Source: Octopus bimaculoides (lineage: Eukaryota). From it: a stretch of 39,791 nt of DNA. The stretch spans positions 160,802,899 to 160,842,689 of the forward strand of contig NC_068983.1 of the NCBI RefSeq assembly GCF_001194135.2, written 5' to 3'. This document shows positions 11,805 to 23,470 of the stretch, in pieces. A model generated the notes under the pieces. That model was not told the origin of the DNA and ran no database searches. It saw nothing but the letters and a program-made list of their open reading frames with translations. How positions within the stretch are numbered: the first letter of the stretch is position 1; each line of letters starts with the position of its first letter. The translations under genes were made by a program, and so were the position numbers.

Positions 11805-11847
11805 CCTTTCTACTAAAGGCACGAGGCCTGAAATTTGGTGGAGGGGA
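11802..11847 (-). mobile_element. 3' tail fragment of SINE family A
   Basis: Reverse complement TCCCCTCCACCAAATTTCAGGCCTCGTGCCTTTAGTAGAAAGGATT matches the family A tail, e.g. 16035-16075. Confidence 0.75.
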
Positions 11848-11929
11848 CCACGGTGTTTCACTGGTCTCGTGTTCTTCGCGTGGTGGTGGTGGTGATTACG
11901 ACTACGACGACAGTTAATTTATGTAACAA

Positions 11930-13394
11930 GTGTGGATATGTAAGTGTTATTACTTTATTAGTGGCCCCGATTTGGACGGCTATATAAACTACCATCCAAA
12001 TCAGGGCCATAAGCCAAATTTCCTCTCCAATCCCAAATACAGGCTGATCAATCTCTCTAAAGGTGAGATAGGTATCATTATAAACGTATTCTCGATACTA
12101 TCAACTCCGATATCAGAAGAGCTACAGAGTTGACTCAATGGAACTCCAACGCAGCCGTAATCGACTGGTTCCGCAGTATCGAGAATAAATTAGCCCGTAG
12201 ATTCACCCAGTTCAACATTGTCGACTTCTACTCTTCTGAAGGCCCAAACTTTTGCTAAGCAATACACCAGCATTTGTGATCTTGATATCAGAAGTATCAT
12301 GACTGCCAGAAAGTCAGTTTTGGTCCACGACGATTCCTTCTGGATGAAGAAAAAAGGCAGTCCATTGTTCGATGATCTTTGATGGGGTTGAAATCGCCGA
12401 CCTCGTTGGTTTATACATGTTGGATACCCTCAAAAGACGTACCCACTCACATAGGTCGGCCCTCTATAGGCACGACGGTCTAGCTATCTGAAGCCATATG
12501 AGCGTCATGTCATGGACAAGTCCAGGGAGAAAATATTTAAGGAGTTCGGGCTGTCCATAACAGTTACCATCAACCTGACAACGGTCGATTTCTTGGACGT
12601 AACCTTAGACGTGAACACGGGCAAGTATTACCCGTACAGGAAGCCTAACGAGGGTACAGTATACATCCACAAGAGCTCAAACGATCCCCCCGCTGTAATT
12701 AGAAACTATCTAATCTCTCGACCAATAGAGAGATCTTTAACAGGGACACCTCCACTACAACGATGTTTTGGCTAGGGGCGGGTTTACTGAGAAGCTCACG
12801 TATGTGGATAACCCATAAACACTTCCTCACCCCCGAAAGGATTAAGAAAAGGAAGATTATATGGTATAAAAACCCCTTTCAACCTAGTAGTTTCCACCAA
12901 AGCTGCTAGGGGCTTCTTGTCGTTAAGAAAAACTTCCCCAGAAGCCACAAGTATTATAAATACTTCAATCCGCATAATGTCAAAGACAACATCTCAGACG
13001 TAAAAATGCACCCGCTCCAACCCCAACCTGCAACTTCCAAAACCCCACCATGTGCCCACTAGAGGATCCTGCCTTTCAAGGGCCGTAGTATACAGAGCCA
13101 CCTTTACACCATCCAATGGCATTACGTAGCACTATACGGGTATGACAGCTAATAACTTTAAGGGATATGCACTCGTTCAGATCCAAGGACAGAGAGAACT
13201 CTACTTTCCTGTCTCGTTTTCTCTGGAGATTCCTGACCTCCGAGACGAAACACCCAGCGCCCACAACTGCCAACTCTGCCTCCGCGAAAAACTGCGTATC
13301 CTCTGACAACCCGCAGTATCCATCAACAAAAAATACGATTTATCTTATTGCAGTCACCAGAGGTATGCCTTTCTGGCAAATTTCAAGCCTCTGA
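11930..13394 (+). mobile_element. Penelope-like element (RT plus GIY-YIG endonuclease), disrupted
   Basis: KYRLINLSKGEIG, FTQFNIVDFY, LYRHDGLA (YRDDG-like, about 12465-12480), VDFLDVTLDVNTGKYYPYRKPN and YIHKSSNDP. The C-terminal GIY-YIG-like segment reads CPLEDP..., VVYRATF..., HYTGMTANNFKG and ENSTFLSRFLW. Many stops and frameshifts. Confidence 0.9.
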
Positions 13395-13498
13395 CTGCCG
13401 ACAACCCGGATATACCATCTTAGTACCAGATGCTACTCTACACCACCTGCACCAAGGTCACCGTCACCAACCAACCCCATGAGCAGGACTACCAATTA

Positions 13499-13600
13499 CC
13501 AATACCCAACGCTTACCAATCCCCAACGCTAACCAATCCCCAACGCTTACCAGTCTTCAACACTTACCAATTCCCAACGCTTACCAATCCCCTATGCTTG
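13499..13600 (+). repeat. 17-bp minisatellite (CCAATCCCCAACGCTTA) x6
   Basis: Units start at 13499, 13516, 13533, 13550, 13567 and 13584. Confidence 0.92.
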
Positions 13601-13635
13601 TTATACTTATGCATGCGCGCGCACTACTATGCATG

Positions 13636-13636
<1 letters not shown>

Positions 13637-13691
<55 letters not shown>

Positions 13692-13702
13692 CCTATCTAT
13701 CT
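13637..13702. repeat. (TATC)n microsatellite
   Basis: Direct reading. Confidence 0.96.
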
Positions 13703-15022
13703 ATGTGTGAGTGTATGTGTGTGTGTATGAACAGAGAGAGCGATAGAAATGAGAGCGGTAATACGTGAAATTTTCCTCCTATTTTCGGTCTCTTTTTATT
13801 ATTTGTCTCTCTTTTTAACTCTTTCTTTGTGTATTGCTCGCATAGTGGAACAGAGACAGAGACTGATATACAACATCACGAGAGATGAAGAAGCAACGGT
13901 AGTAATAATGAGGGTGGTTTGAATACTGAAGTAAAGGGGATCGATGTCATACAGTAGAGCAGCGTTATTTTGTGTTAAGTCAACGCATAATTTATCTCAT
14001 TACTAAAAACGTACAATGCTGGAAACGATTACAGATTTTATGCACAACAAATTTAAATAACTTATCGTCATACGATAATAGAATATATTAGCCTTTAAAT
14101 ATCGTAAATGTTTATTTTAAAAAGATTTCAACGGTCAGTTATCCAACCATCTGCGCCCGTTCATCTAAATACATATGCGCAAGTATACGTAAAATATATA
14201 TAGGGTGGTAATTTTTTTGAAAACTCACCACCAGTGGCCTAGCATGCATAAAAAGTCAATAGACAACATATTCTCAATATAAAATAGTGTACATTTAAAC
14301 TCAAGAGAAAACTACCTTCAACAGGCAGTTTTTGCACGCTAGAAGGAGTAGTCAAAACGACCAAAACCACATTTAAGAGCAATCTTCAAAAGGAATGAAA
14401 AATGAAAACTTTTTTACCTTATTTTATTCCGGTCAGACCTAAGTTTCAGGATTTTTTAGCAAATATAATAATTTGCTAGGCGAAATCCTTCTTCAGTGAC
14501 CGCGCCATGACACTAACATATAACTAAGAGACTATTAACACGTATCTCTTCGTTATACATTATAATTTTTCAAATTCACCGCGCAAGCGCAGTATCAGTC
14601 AGCAGTAAATGAATGACTGCCGAACCAATCCTTTAAAAAATTGCTAAAGACATATACGTAAAATATTTATAGGGCGGTAAATTTTTTGAAAATGCACATA
14701 TGCGTGCGTGTCTGTGTACGTACGCGTATGTTGGTGTAGGTATGTATGTATGTACGTATACATATTTAATATATACATGTATGGGATCTTTTTTAAAACG
14801 GGGGCAACATTTTTCATTAACGAAACACTTTGAAACTTGGAACACTGGTAGAATGTGTCATATAAAACATCTTTTTCTCTTAGTCTTCTTAAAAAAAAAA
14901 AGAAATCCATAAATTATTCCATGTTAAAGTTGTCGTATTTCTGTAATTTCAACCAATCACTGACGTCCATTCAGCCGATATACATTAAGTGCCGACTACA
15001 TAAACAAACGATTCTGAAACAA

Positions 15023-15098
15023 TTAACCCTAACCCTAACTCTAACCCTAACCCTAACTCTAACCCTAACCCTAACCCTAGGGTTAGGGTTAGGGTTAA
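15023..15098. repeat. Interstitial telomere-like array: (TAACCC)9 followed by inverted (TTAGGG)3
   Basis: Nine TAACCC units, two of them TAACTC variants, at 15024-15077. Perfect 38-bp palindrome at 15060-15097. Confidence 0.93.
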
Positions 15099-15121
15099 AG
15101 CAAATTTAAAATGAAAAAAGC

Positions 15122-15581
15122 NNNNNNNNNNNNNNNNNNNNNNNNNNNNNNNNNNNNNNNNNNNNNNNNNNNNNNNNNNNNNNNNNNNNNNNNNNNNNNN
15201 NNNNNNNNNNNNNNNNNNNNNNNNNNNNNNNNNNNNNNNNNNNNNNNNNNNNNNNNNNNNNNNNNNNNNNNNNNNNNNNNNNNNNNNNNNNNNNNNNNNN
15301 NNNNNNNNNNNNNNNNNNNNNNNNNNNNNNNNNNNNNNNNNNNNNNNNNNNNNNNNNNNNNNNNNNNNNNNNNNNNNNNNNNNNNNNNNNNNNNNNNNNN
15401 NNNNNNNNNNNNNNNNNNNNNNNNNNNNNNNNNNNNNNNNNNNNNNNNNNNNNNNNNNNNNNNNNNNNNNNNNNNNNNNNNNNNNNNNNNNNNNNNNNNN
15501 NNNNNNNNNNNNNNNNNNNNNNNNNNNNNNNNNNNNNNNNNNNNNNNNNNNNNNNNNNNNNNNNNNNNNNNNNNNNNNNNN
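15122..15581. other. Assembly gap (N run)
   Basis: N bases. Other gaps are at 2676-2685, 3377-3636, 26482-26536 and 38423-38809, several of them next to microsatellites. Confidence 1.
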
Positions 15582-15582
15582 N

Positions 15583-15638
<56 letters not shown>

Positions 15639-15863
15639 TATACATGTGTAATTGCATGATAGAACGCACTACGGATGCATAGGAGGTGTTGTTTATCTAA
15701 CGATGATTGGCAGAACTGTATTTAGATATCGTGTTGACAATTATAATTTAACAATGGCGGAAAAAGTCTTTTGTTAACAAATATTGCATGTATCCAAGGC
15801 CGTTAGCGTATCATTATCAGTTGGCTGATGGAGCATTCGTAACTCAATAACTCATATTTTCAA

Positions 15864-16075
15864 GGCGGCGAGCTGGCAGAAACGTTAGCGCGCCGGGCGA
15901 AATGCCTAGCGGTATTTCGTCTGCCGCTACGTTCTGAGTTCAAATTCCGCCGAGGTCGACTTTGCCTTTCATCCTTTCGGGGTCGATAAATTAAGTACCA
16001 GTTGCATACTGGGGTCGATCTAATCGACTGACTCCCTCCCCCAAAATTTCGGGCCTTGTACCTAGAGTAGAAAAG
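15864..16075 (+). mobile_element. Young full-length tRNA-derived SINE family A with 16-bp TSD
   Basis: Head GGCGGCGAGCTGGCAGAAACGTTAG with B-box GAGTTCAAATTCC. TSD AACTCATATTTTCAAG at 15849-15864 and 16076-16091. Confidence 0.96.
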
Positions 16076-16904
16076 AACTCATATTTTCAAGTATTGTGAC
16101 CTGAATTTAATCAACAAGTGTTCTTCATTCCAGGTTTCACATCAACTGCTAAAAATTCTTATTGTACATTATTTCAAAAAAGAAATCGCTTACAAGAATT
16201 CGTTACTTAATTCAGGAGTAATATAAACCAACTGCAGCATTCCTGAATACGGCTAATCTATTTTTAAGATATATTATTAAGTATTTTTTGCCAAATAATG
16301 ATTCTTTCTGATAAAGAATTTGTAGCGACTCAAGTAGACAAAAATGCAACATGCCCAGGTTCATACTGCACTCCATTTTATAAATAATCATTTGTTGGTG
16401 GTGGGAAGTACATGGTAATTAACATGATAAGGCCATATTGTACTTGTAACAGTAAATTTGCAGGTACAGCTCAGTCGTTTGACTCTCTACTTGTGTACCT
16501 CATGAAGGCTGGGAAAACGACAATGACATTTCCTTTCCTTTAAATGATATTCATTTTTTATGTCCCAAGTAATTTAATAAATGATTGAGAAGTGGAATCG
16601 AAACTAACTCCATTTATAGCAGAAGTTGATAACTGACGCCAACTAGTCAGATGTGACGCCAAAGTTATTCAAAATACTTTTAATTGCGACCAATATTGTT
16701 TAGTTTATAAACAAACAATATATAGAAACATTCAAAACAAAATTTCAGCTAAAATGGGTTTTTTTTTTACATTTCTTTTTTTATTTTTCACTTTTAACAT
16801 GGTTGTATGTGTATAGGGTGAGATGGGGATGCGAGTGAGTGGTAGTGTTAAAATAAATCAAAATATTTACCAAAAAAGAAAGATACATTATAAAATACGC
16901 AATA

Positions 16905-17075
16905 CAATAACGCAGCGGTAGAAATATCGGTGTGCCTTGCAGTACTTAGTCACCTACCGATGCTTACTGAGTTCAAATCCTTGCATTTCAGAGTTGATAA
17001 AATAAACACCAGTCATATACTAAACCGATTCAATCGATTATACATCTCTCTTCTACAAAGTGTGGCACTATGACG
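16905..17075 (+). mobile_element. Highly degenerate SINE, family A-like
   Basis: Residual CTGAGTTCAAATCC, GTTGATAAAATAAACACCAGTC and AATCGATTA motifs. Confidence 0.5.
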
Positions 17076-17142
17076 ACGCGAGCAATCATTAATTAATAAG
17101 CAATACCAAAATAATTGCCAAAGGAAACAGATACAAAAGATA

Positions 17143-17150
17143 ACGACGAC

Positions 17151-17197
<47 letters not shown>

Positions 17198-17201
17198 CGA
17201 T
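17143..17201. repeat. (GAT/GAC)n microsatellite
   Basis: Direct reading; explains the poly-Asp pseudo-ORF at 17115. Confidence 0.95.
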
Positions 17202-17269
17202 GTTACAGTAACAATGAACGCGACGACATCGATAATAATGACAACAACCACAGTAAGTTCATATGTATG

Positions 17270-17307
<38 letters not shown>

Positions 17308-17919
17308 CACCACATGATGTTTGGGCGGTAGTTTCATTGATACGAGTGTTAAGAGAAAGAAAAGAATAACAGAAAAGATGTGAAACGAAAAAAACTAGTA
17401 AAAAGAAAGAAAGAGAGAAAAAATAAAAACAAATTGATGATCCTTGTGGATAGCAGTGAGGGAGAAAGGTGGTTGAAAGAGAAAAAAAAAAATACTGAAG
17501 GAAGCTGGAACAATAAAGTGAATAAAAATTGAGACAATTTGGAAGCTAAAAGCAGCATAATTACATATTGCACGGGAATAGATTAATGTATAGTCGCCAT
17601 ACAGCATGTTCTGTCTCGTCTATTCGTCTTGCAAAAAGGAACGGTGCAAAAATATAAGCGAATAGAATGCTTAGCTTCAACTCTACGCCACGCATGTTAT
17701 TTCTGTAAGCGTCATTTCTAATTTAACTACGATGTTTTCGGTTCGTCTGCCCAGCTCCACAGTAGTCTACAGAATCAGCCATATTTCAATAACTCACTTG
17801 GTATTTTAATACCTACTTTGAGCGAAACATAAAAACACAAAATACTTCAGGAAAAATAAGAAAGAAAGGAGAAACGGTACCTACTGAAAAAAGTGTGATT
17901 GTAAAAATACAGATAGGAC

Positions 17920-17950
<31 letters not shown>

Positions 17951-18527
17951 AGACTTTGATCATTTCTTATCAGCAAGTGCTTAATCACAGACTAATTAAC
18001 CCAGAATGTTTTGTGAGTATTTAAAATGTTATACAAGTGTAACGAATTTTGATTCATTAACTTTGATGGCTTCTTTATGACATAAACATGTCCGAAAATA
18101 TCGTTTAAAACTTACTAGCTTTTCTGGCTGTTTGCAGAGAATATTCATAAATGACGGCGGATGAAACGCAATGTGTATTGGCTTCGCGTTCATGCTATAA
18201 CTTAACTGAGAATATGTATGTTCTGGGGTTTGAGTATGAACAGGTGTACCTATCTGTATATGCATGTGTGTGTAAATATGTGTGCATACATATGCTTGTG
18301 AACTGATGAACCCATAATTCAACGAAGGAAAAAAGGAAACATAAATACTGTACGGGCATCTCTTGTGTAATGAAAATATTGCCCTAACGTACAGTCCCTG
18401 AGCATGAACCGTACTTTTCTATTGATTTCCATGTTCATTGACTTTTATGTAACATGAAAATCGGAAATAAAATAGGGTTTGCTTTATAAAACTCTGAATT
18501 TATGGTAAGATTTTCAAGAATTTACAA

Positions 18528-18850
18528 CTGTGTTTCTCAACTGGGGTCCATATGACCCCTCAGGGTCTATATAAAAAATAGTAATTGGGTGTGGGATTCA
18601 CAATAGTATTTGAAGAGCCCCTGGAAAATAATTTATTTTAGATGTATGTGTTTGTATGTATTGCAAAAAAACAGCAAGCTAACATTTTGCATAGTTCAAC
18701 CTACACAAGTTAATGTGTAAAAAAACAAAATAGGAATTTGAAAGAAGCATCTATAAAGCTAGTTTTAAAACATCAAGTGGCTATGAGGGTCGACCAGAAT
18801 GAAATAATAATCAAAGGCTTCCATAGGTGAAAAATGGTTGAGAACTCCTG
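18528..18850 (+). mobile_element. Complete non-autonomous hAT element (MITE), 323 bp
   Basis: TIRs CTGTGTTTCTCAAC and CAGGAGTTCTCAAC (reverse complement of 18837-18850) resemble the hAT CAG..TTCTCAAC type. 8-bp TSD ATTTACAA (18520-18527) / ATCTACAA (18851-18858). Confidence 0.88.
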
Positions 18851-18929
18851 ATCTACAACCTGTTATGATAAGCAAGGAGCTGTTTTGTTTATTTACTATT
18901 TGTTCTGGTTCATTGTAGAGATAATGCTA

Positions 18930-19400
18930 GCGGGAACGCGAAATCGTCGTAATCCCGGATGAATCTAATGGGTAATTTTTACGCTATTGATTCTTTCTAT
19001 TAGCAATTGCTTTAAATGTGTTTTTGTTCGCTGTGCTATGTCTTCTATGTATATTAATAACGTTGTAAAGGTGTTGTATATGTCCTCTGTGAGTGTGTGG
19101 TATGTTTATGTTGTCGCTGGCTGTAATCGATATCCCCTGGTTGCTGGTTAGTCGTGAAATGGTGGATTTGGTAAGTGCTATTTTAAATATGCTGCTTTTA
19201 AGCCCGGTTTCTATGTGAATTAAATGGGATTAGTATAATATGTTGTGCAGCGATGTCTCGAGATGAATGGGAGAATGCGAATGTTGTGTCATTTGTGTAT
19301 AACGTTGTGTGCACACTATTTGGAAGCGTGCGCAATTTGAGTAGTAGATATGAGTTGCAAAAAAATAGATGAAAAAACAGGTATTTGTGATATTTCTTTC
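18930..19400 (-). mobile_element. Highly degraded LINE reverse-transcriptase fragment
   Basis: Minus-strand remnants LPNSVHTTLYTNDTTF (YADD-like) and KIALTKSTI...DNINIPHT. Clade not assignable by eye. Confidence 0.5.
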
Positions 19401-19554
19401 GGGAAACTGTTGGCGCAAAAGAGTCGTAGACGATAGATTGCTCTATTGAATGAGCCTTATAATATTTAGCGACAACTATTTGTTTTTAGCTCCACTCTCT
19501 CCCCCCCCACACACACACACATATATATACATACATACACACGGGCACACACAC

Positions 19555-19616
<62 letters not shown>

Positions 19617-20653
19617 CCCTACGCGATCATAACTACGCATATATTTGGTCACAGCAAGAAACAGGCGGTTGTAAATGTTGTGGTCAACCGTCTCATCAGT
19701 ACTGGTTGCATATCCCGTTCTTGATATTATCATCTAATAGTATGTGTGTGTGTGTGTGTGTGTGTGTTTGGTGCAAACAGTTCGTTCATCAACTTACAGG
19801 TAAAAAAATTTGTTTAGTTAGTTGTTGAAAGACTTTTGTAATGAAATAGACTCAGAAACACTATATTGCACTTGTCTACAGGCATCGTGTAACATGACTA
19901 TGTAATGTAGAATCGAAGTATATTCGATGAGACATAAACACGCACAGAGATTCCGCACAAATACACACTTACTCTAATTCATGCATACCTCACATCTCTA
20001 TCTCATACTCAGATGCAAACACAAAATACTATTCCTCTTTCCTCCCTCTTTCTCTCTCTCTCTTTCTCTCTCTCTCACACACACGCGCGCGTGTACACAC
20101 ACATACACATATACACACATTCACGTACACACACGCGTGCACACACGCACACATACATCTTCACATACACACCAAAAAAATCGATGCGAAACGTTCGCGT
20201 TCAATGGGTGAGAACTTAAGAATTCTATATAATCTACAAAATTCTGCTTGGTTAGCAAAACATTTCCATTGTGTCGTCCTTGATTTCCTGTAATTAAACC
20301 AAGACGTTTATTTGAAGTCTAAATTGAACAGGAGAATTAGAAAATAATTTGAAATGTTCTTTAATTTCCCATTTTTTCTTGCATGGATAAAAGAATTAAC
20401 ACTAAATAACAAATGTAAAGTCTTTGTCAATTATTTGGAAATAGCCATGAGTTTATTTATTTATTAGGATTATTATTATCTAAGAATGAAATAACTGACT
20501 TTCATATTTGCTGGTCTAAATACCGCCACACGCCATATTGAACTATAATATATAAATAATATTATGTATTCTTTTTTTTTATTGCTTTATGTTTATATTT
20601 ATACATTTATTTATGTATTGTTATTTACAATATTTTGATTTTTTTTTTTTCAC

Positions 20654-20697
20654 CTGAAAGGTACTTGGTTGTTGGTGTCCAGGTTGATTGTCGCCAT
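20654..20697 (-). CDS. Candidate first coding exon of an unidentified host gene (MATINLDTNNQVPF, then phase-2 intron)
   Basis: Kozak-like GCCATGG, in-frame TGA three codons upstream, 44 nt ending AG|GTGAAA, in a unique non-repeat island. No homology recognised. Confidence 0.3.
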
Positions 20698-20947
20698 GGC
20701 AAATCAAGCAGTCGTTCTATGTCGCCTCACTGGCGTACGCAATCAGTCGAAAGACCACTGCCATCGTGTAGCTAATTTCCAGTTCACTTGTTGTTGAATA
20801 TTGAGTCGCATTTGATTTGATCAACATTATTCTCTTCCTATTCCAGATTTTCACCCTTGCCTTCCCATTTCAAAGGTCTGTGTGCGCGCATATGTATGAA
20901 CTGATGACTGCGCGTAACAGTGCATATATTTGTGTGTGTGTGTGTGT

Positions 20948-21002
<55 letters not shown>

Positions 21003-22363
21003 CGCGCGCATATTTATGTGTGCGTGTTTGCAGAAAAGGCGCCGCACGTTTAAACATTGAAACCTAGTGACTAGCGTCAACTCAAGGCAAAGGTAATTTG
21101 CTCGCTGTAGTAACCTGCTCAATTATTACCTCACCTAAATGTTTTAAAAGGTAAAAGTTATACTGCGATATTTAGAGTTATTCTAATACGAGTAACATGT
21201 GAAAACTTGCTGGTTAGAAAACGGGTCAAAATGTAAAGATAAAAGCTGGATAATTTAAGAAATTGTTTTTCATAAGGCTTCCAGCTGTTTTAAATTCATA
21301 GTTGATTGTGTACAGTTGAAACGTTTTAAACTTATCATATGATGTAAGACATAATATTACAATTTTTGTCACCACGGTTTAGAAAAATGAAATACGATTA
21401 GCATAAATGGCGTGTGTTTTGTTGCTTTCTTTAAATTTGTTTTCCATCTAGTCAATTAGTTTGTTTTTTTTAAATGTGAGTAAAGTGTTAAGTTGACACC
21501 AGATCCTTGACTTGAATTTTTGTGGATTAACTTAATTAGCAAACAGAAATGCAATTAATAAATGAAGGCACAACAATAATAATAGTTAAATAGTTCAGAT
21601 GAATAGAAACAGGGAAGTATTCGAAAAATGTGACATTCGTTCTTTATTTAAAGTTATTAGTAGTTTATGTAAAAATATAACGAGGAATCAAAACTGAATT
21701 TAGAACTACACCGTATCATACTCTCAGTAGAAGTACATGGAATATAAATATGTAGAATGCTAAAGTTGAAATTACGTTACTAAAGATTTTAGAATTTAAA
21801 TACAAATTAAGGAAGTATGGAAATTACACAACATACTGTAAAATATACAACATTGTAAAATACATTCTATATCATCAATAAAATAATGTAGCAAGATGAA
21901 TTTTAAAAGCATTTTCATGCTCTTTGATCAGAAAGTCTGTTATGTTATCAAAATATTCGTATCCTTCTTGAAATCTTTTAGTATATCTGTATTAGAATTA
22001 TGAATTAACATTTTCGGCATCTCTAATTCACATGCTTTTCAGTAATACTTCTGTACGATGCCGAATATCTGATGAGACTAGAAAAACTCAGAAAAATGCA
22101 AGCTTGTTCAATCGTTTCCCCAGAAACTTTAGTGGCGGAAGAGAAGGAAAGTAGTCTATGGAGAGGATTGGTCGAGCAAGTAAGAGACTTTGCAGTTCAG
22201 ATTTAACTTTTGCGCTTGTTCAGCCAATGAACAATGTTAACTGAGATCCAATATTTTTTCATATCAGCATGATTAACCGATTGCATTTCTTTCTGATATT
22301 GAAAACTACAAAAATGGTTAAAGGTACCTTTTTACTACTTAACACTATACCTTCCTTGAGTGT

Positions 22364-23470
22364 AGGACAAAACCCCACTAGGACAAAACCCCCTTCGTAC
22401 AGAACTCCCTCTATTATATTTTTCGATTATTTTTCGTTTTTACCCCCTTTTATTGCTTCAGTCATTAGACTGTGGCCATGCTGGGGTACCGTCTAGAAGA
22501 ATTTTTAGTTGAACGTATCGGGTACAGAACATTCTTTTCCTTCTTACTTGCTGCAATTTTTAGACTGTGGCCATGCTGTGGCACTACCTTGAAGAATTTT
22601 TAGACGTCTATATGAAACCCAGAGTTTCTTTTTTTAAGCCTGGTCAAAACCACCTCTGTGATGTATTTCGTTTTTTTCCCCTTTATACTTGTTAAATCAT
22701 TAGGCTTTGGTCATGCTGGGACACCGCCTTGAGGAATTTTTAGTCGAATGTATCAACTCCAGAATTTTTTTAGGTGATTTTCAACCAGCATATGAAGTTA
22801 AGCTCAGAAGATCTCTCAGCATAGTAAAAATAACAGCCAAATTTCTTGAATTTCTTTTTTTAATTATTTCACGAAAACAAAAACGGAAATCACGGTTGTA
22901 AGAAAAGTTTATTTTCCAAAATTCCAGTTTTAAGTAAACAAAAATATATTCAATCGAAAATGAATAAGTAGAATAGAATAACAGAACACAAGACTCTTTA
23001 CTACTCAATGTACATATTGTCTAAACTCTAACAATAGGAAAAGCGTTTACTTCAAGAAATGTGTAGAAAGATAGAAACTATAAGAAGTACGCTTAAACAA
23101 CTAGCCTTCGGTGCCATAATTCTGTTAGACATTCAACGGCCGGAGAAAGTTCAAACGGTCGGCTCATTCTCATTAACCTTTAAGTGCCTGAGAAAAAAAA
23201 AAGAAGAAATTAGAATTTTAAAGTACTAATTTTGCTGCTAAAAAATTTTCAAGGCGTTGCCCCAGCATTGCCGCAGTCTAATGACTAAAACAAGTAAGAA
23301 AATGAAAAATTCTGGGGTCGATACAGCTGACTAAAAATTCTTCAAGGCGGTGCCCCAGCATGGTCAAAGTCTAATTTCTGAAACAAGTAAAAAAGACGAA
23401 AAATAACCAAAAAGTATAACCAAGTGGGGGTTTATCCTGGGGCAGGGTTGTCCTAAGGGATTTTGGTCCG
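22364..23470. mobile_element. Fold-back (inverted-repeat) element with arms containing SINE-B tail units
   Basis: Left arm 22364-22603 and right arm 23238-23470 are collinear reverse complements: GGACAAAACCCC-type motifs, then TTATTTTTCGT, then two tandem SINE-tail units. No TSD seen. Confidence 0.65.

Noticed and set aside
15023-15098. Relic of a telomere-telomere chromosome fusion
   Set aside because: The orientation (CCCTAA then TTAGGG) is the reverse of a fusion signature, and the array is very short.
15106-15669. Long ORFs spanning N runs, also at 3160-3681 and 38212-38914
   Set aside because: They are artefacts of translating assembly gaps as X.
22069-22096. CTGATGA...GAAA at 22069 as a hammerhead, and a similar motif at about 39184
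   Set aside because: No convincing stem II, stem I or GUH pairing.
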